A DNA stretch of 64,000 nt from Tubiluchus corallicola (taxonomy: Eukaryota > Animalia > Priapulida): the NCBI GenBank assembly GCA_030141605.1, contig JAQGDQ010000351.1, forward strand, positions 1 to 64,000. The letters run 5' to 3'. The notes under the pieces are model-generated. The model was given only the letters and a program-made list of their open reading frames with translations. It had not been told where the DNA came from and searched no databases. Shown piece by piece: positions 59,077 through 64,000 of the stretch (its first letter is position 1; each line of letters starts with the position of its first letter). Position numbers and translations under genes: made by a program.

Positions 59077-60847
59077 TTAAATTAAAAAAACAATAGTTGT
59101 TAATCAGCAGTTTTGTTAATCGCACATACGTCATTTTAATCCACTTAATGATTGAATTTTGTCGTCAGTTATGAAGCACTTTTTTGGTCTATGGGACTTA
59201 ATGAAACAGCATAGACTTCCTTTCTCAATCAAGCATCCCATTTTTTCATCGTCCTCCCAAATAGAGAAGCCCGGGAAACATGTGGGTAAACTTATTTACT
59301 AATCATCTAATCAAAAGTGTTTTGTTTAATATTATTACTGTTGATGGATGGGAAAGAATAATAGATTAAATTATTCCACTTACTTCAGATCCCACAGCAT
59401 TTCTAGGTAAAAGTAAATGTACCGTGTTACGAAAAGGTGTCAGAAATTATGAGACCAGTGGGTAATATTATTTTTTGTTGTCTTTGTGTCAGAATCAGTT
59501 GTTTGTAATATTTTTTGATGAAGTTTACTGAGTTCTTAATGCTTGAGTATCCTGATTGGTTTGTCCTCACTAATGGCACTTTATTATTATTCGGTTTGCT
59601 GTACACCATTTTGTATTCACCATTTATATTCTTCTTTTACATTGTTTAGACTCTAATTTATTTCGTGCTATTTAATAATGCAAGTTTTTTGTTTCCTGCA
59701 TCAACTAGGCGAAGCAGAAAGGCAGCAAATGTTTGTAGTCTACACTAAGTTTTGTTGAAAGTTAACTGTTGATTACAGAATTTTATCTTTGGGCAAGATT
59801 TATTTGTTGATGTGATGAGTGCACAGTATTTTCCTTTCCCTTCTGGTTTTCACACCCTTTAAATAAGCACCAGACAGCATTATAGCTTTGGACAATATTT
59901 ATTAATTTTCCCGGGCATGTTTTGTAGTTGTTGTAAATAATCTTTATTGTTGATAATTATTGTTTTTGACGTATTGAATAACCATTAAGTGTGTAAGGAG
60001 ACAGAGCTTCTTTTATTAACAATTATTGGTTGAAGGATTTGCATTATGGAAGCAAATGTATGATTAAAAATTATTTATGAACGAGTTTGCTTTTGATTTT
60101 TATTACTGGCTTGTATTTCAAGTGTCTTCACAGTAGATAGAGCAAAACTTCATTGAAAGCATGAAACTGTTAATAATAAAAGTCGTAGTAAATTCCAGGT
60201 GTGAATGAATTTTTGTACATTGTGTACATGTGCACTGTGCTTAAGTCCCGCAAAATATTAAATCGTGTCACAGAAGTACAATAACCAACCTCTTTTGTAC
60301 TGCACTAATCACCAATTAAATCAAATACATTTACGATGTTATTGTGTAATTATCACACAAATTCAATGGAAGAAAAGACCAATTTGCGAGTGAACAACTA
60401 CAGACCAACATCTCCATTGTGGTTAAAGTCTAGAAAATGCATCAGAAACTGTTTTATAGAGTCTAACGTCAATGCAATCAGCAGTACAAAGCACGACTAC
60501 CTGGCAGTCCCCGCATTACCAATTCACTGAAATCATAGGAAGTGGTGTGTTCACCTTTTGATGCTATGATGCAAATACCTTGAATGTTATACGCAAATTT
60601 TAATAACAGCAGGAAAAACCCGAATGCGTAGTGCAACTGTAAATTTAAGAGAAATTTATAGTTTCAAATGTGTTCCTGTACGAAGTTATATCTCGCGTTT
60701 ATTACAATCTCACTAGTTCAGTAATCCCGAAAAAAACCACGTCATTTTAAACTTTCCCTTGACTAAAAAATCTACAACGTTCGACAAACAAAGCACAAAC
60801 AAGTGAATTCTGTTTATGTACAAGAGTATATTATATATTTATTTATA

Positions 60848-60879
<32 letters not shown>

Positions 60880-63774
60880 ACTTTTGTCTCTACAACTACA
60901 TATTCTTACAGTAATCTACATTACAAGAAGTAAAAGTACAAGATATGATTATCTAGATAAAGAATTCAATTTCTTTAGTTCCAGTGTTTTTGTCATTCGT
61001 AAACAACTCATTGGTCCAAAAAATGAAAAATAAAATAAAAACTACAAGTGACAACTTTTGACTTTTGCAACAAAGATTTCTAATAAAAATCTTCCGAATA
61101 CAGTACGGTACATCGTAAACTGATTAAAACAATGTCATCAACATAATTCGATTGTCATAATATAAGTATTAACGAAGAGCTTAAGTAATAACTTATTAAT
61201 AGTTGAGATTAGCAATTGGAATGACAAGTTTTACGGCCAAGTTTTAATTGACCAACAGTTTAGAGCTAAACTGACATGGGTGATAATGCTGTAATTTAAT
61301 AAGCAAGTATTAACAGACTTCCTAGTACAAGGTGAATTTTAGAAATGAAGCAAAAAATTGTCAGGTTAAGTGTAAGTTATTCTACCGTACATAAAATTCC
61401 TATTCTACAGAGGACAGGGCATCATGCAGAAACGGGCTATCTACAATAAGACCATGGTTGTAAAATACACATGAAGCAGTATGTGAAACTGCACTAAAAC
61501 AAATCACTTAAAACAGTTATAAATAATGACTTCCATATACATTACAATCACTGAATGAATACGAGTTTAAAATAGTTATAATTATAATAATTATAATATT
61601 AATAACGCGACACGTCCGCAGCACGATGCATGCAAGAACAACGGCGATTTAAATTATAAATAATCAATCATGTCATGATTCAGATTCAATAAAATATCAA
61701 TTTAATAATAGTAAAGTTGGTTTCGTAAGGTACACAACAAACACAGAATAAAAGACTAACAATTTGAACGCTATAATAAATACTCTTGCAAAAAGACGGC
61801 TAATATTTACTTATGATAAAAGCTTCTTTCACTAGCAGTTAAATAGAGTTCTCGTGGTAAAAAAGCTCTAGCTCATCATCGATGAATATCAAATATCAGT
61901 CTCCTACCGTAAAGACCGTTCATAAAAATACTTACAACTACAAATGTTTGGTGGTATAGGTGCTACTGCAGCCTGTAAATCAGTCTATTTCATGATCCAA
62001 ATAAAATATACACGCGAAAAATTTGCTACAAGCTATAATTTAAACCATACAGATTATTGGTCATTTTCTCTAAAAGCCCTCCACTACATCACCATATTTA
62101 AAGGAACGACATGATTTATTTGCAAGTTCACAAAACGAATACGAAATAAAAAAATGCTAAGAATTCCTGCTCAAGTTTCCAGTTTTCGTTACTTAAAAGT
62201 CAGGCGTGTAAAGGTGCATTTTACCAGATTGTGAAGTATGGGAAATGAGTCATCTTTTAAGTTGAAATTCGCTCCGGTTTTCTTTATATTCAACCCAATG
62301 CAAGTAAATTCATAGTTCTCTATAATCCTAATATCTGACTAGATCTATAGTTTCTAATGAACGTTATTGGTACGATACGTTTTTTAAAATTAATTTTTCC
62401 GGCATGCTCAGCCATCAAAGAGTCATAGGCATGAAAGCATATGAACTGATATTTCAGCTACGAAAAAAACAGAGCATGCCTCTAACTAGAATTTTTTTAA
62501 TGAGGCTAATAAGCCAGTGGAACTAAACACTAAGTGTGTTTAATAATTACAGCAAGTGCATCAGTAAGTAGCATTTTGTTCGTAGTTGAATCAGTGCATA
62601 GTAAAATTGATACGCCTGTAAACTTGTGCAAGAAGTACTGTCACTAAAGATGGCAAAAATTACTGTAAATATCACTGATAGTTCAAAAAATGCTGACATA
62701 TGTGATGCGAACACAAGCCTATCGCACAAAGGATTGTGGTTAACACAAAAGCATAAGTAGATACTTGACTGTAAGAAATTGTACTTAAGTAAATCTTGAT
62801 AAAAACTCTTTAGAAAATAACGTGTGACAAAATTTTTTACTATTTTGTGATGATTTAATTATTGTGAATCTGTATTCTTAAGTACTTCTAAGTAAGCACA
62901 TTGGACCAAGCATTTGTCTACAGTTTTTTGACACTACACAATTCAGCAGTTTTTGGATCACTCACACGAAATCTAAATCTTGAGACTAGTCGATTAACAT
63001 CAACATTACATTATAACAATACTGAAACATGAAGTTTATGCCTTGCAATAAATTTGGGAGTATGTTAACCTACATTCGATTTCTCTACAACCTGTGATAA
63101 CTGTAAAAGCAACACATAGTAAAAATATGGATCACTTTCTCTCAATATCTGTACACATCAATTGTCACAATATTATACGTCTGCAGGTTAAATACTTCGT
63201 GTAAAGTAAGATAAGAGAATATTCATTTGGTCCTGAATAATAGTTAAAAACACAAATGAAATACAGAAAGATTAAAACATGACGACTGTACAGGGTTGTA
63301 TTTACACACTTGAGCCACCGAGCTCTTTGTTGATGCATCGCGAAGCCGTTGCCTTTTCCATTTTTACAGCTGCAATTGTACAACACAGTGACTGCCACAT
63401 TGAATCGCTGATGGTAAATAACTTGTCCGCTTCTTTGTTAATGGAGGTACATTCAAGCAGTACATTATATTAAATCACTCGTAACTTCGTCCACATGATT
63501 AAAGTTAATCACTGATGCTGTCTAGAACTGAATTGGCTGCATTTCCCTCATCAGGGTTTCACAACGCGTACTACATATATATTTTCCACAACACAATTTG
63601 CAACAAATCTGACCACTGGTTAATCGTTTTGCATAAACAAGTAACAAATATGCAACGTGCACCTGCATCAGTTTCCATTTGACGACTTACGAAACGAACA
63701 CGAATTTCTTACTCGGATCAAAGGCAAGGCCATGCACATTCAACAATAACAGTCTGCGGTGGTGCTTTTATTGT

Positions 63775-64000
63775 TTACGAGTCAAACAATGCTAAGAGAT
63801 CGTCACTACTACTTGTGTTTGTGCCACCGCCACTGCTGACCGGAGTGTTCGGATTCGTGTTGTTGCCATTGTTGTTGTTGCTGTTGTCTTGGCTCGTAGA
63901 ATTAGTCGTGGTCGTCGACGTTGCATTAACAGTGGATGTGGAGCTAATATCCGAGGGTCCAAGGTATGACAGTAACTCCATAGGATCCACTAAATTTTCA
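63775..64000 (-). CDS. ZMIZ1: Zinc finger MIZ domain protein (ZMIZ1/2, tonalli-like), C-terminal part of last exon; 5' part outside window
   Basis: ENLVDPMELLSYLGPSD...SSSDDLLALFDS* matches the ZMIZ C-terminal signature (PDELLSYL.PPDLP...DDLLSLFE); frame is open to the window edge. Confidence 0.85.
   Translation of the reverse strand, partial: ENLVDPMELLSYLGPSDISSTSTVNATSTTTTNSTSQDNSNNNNGNNTNPNTPVSSGGGTNTSSSDDLLALFDS

Overview
AT-rich, intron-containing animal (most likely invertebrate) nuclear DNA; nothing prokaryotic. Four spliced protein-coding genes were reconstructed by hand from splice sites and frame continuity: (1) an ankyrin-repeat + DHHC palmitoyltransferase (+, 8637-15154, 8 exons); (2) LIN54, the CXC-domain DNA-binding subunit of MuvB/DREAM (-, 36680-19910, 12 exons), with an intact tRNA-Pro(AGG) antisense in intron 6; (3) WAPL cohesin-release factor (+, 41868-57955, 16 coding exons), head-to-head with LIN54; (4) the last exon of a ZMIZ1/tonalli-type gene (-, cut by the window end), convergent with WAPL. 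The first 8.3 kb is a nest of decayed LINEs and MITEs spanned by a near-perfect 2265-bp inverted repeat (possibly an assembly fold-back). The most interesting unexplained structure is inside LIN54: a 100% identical 231-bp inverted copy of the exon 7 end, its splice donor and adjacent intron, which brackets exons 8-10 (CXC1, the linker and the first half of CXC2). LIN54 also has a 132-bp intronic hairpin, a candidate poison exon and a CDE/CHR-like element at its own promoter. All alignments and gene models were done by eye; no searches were run.
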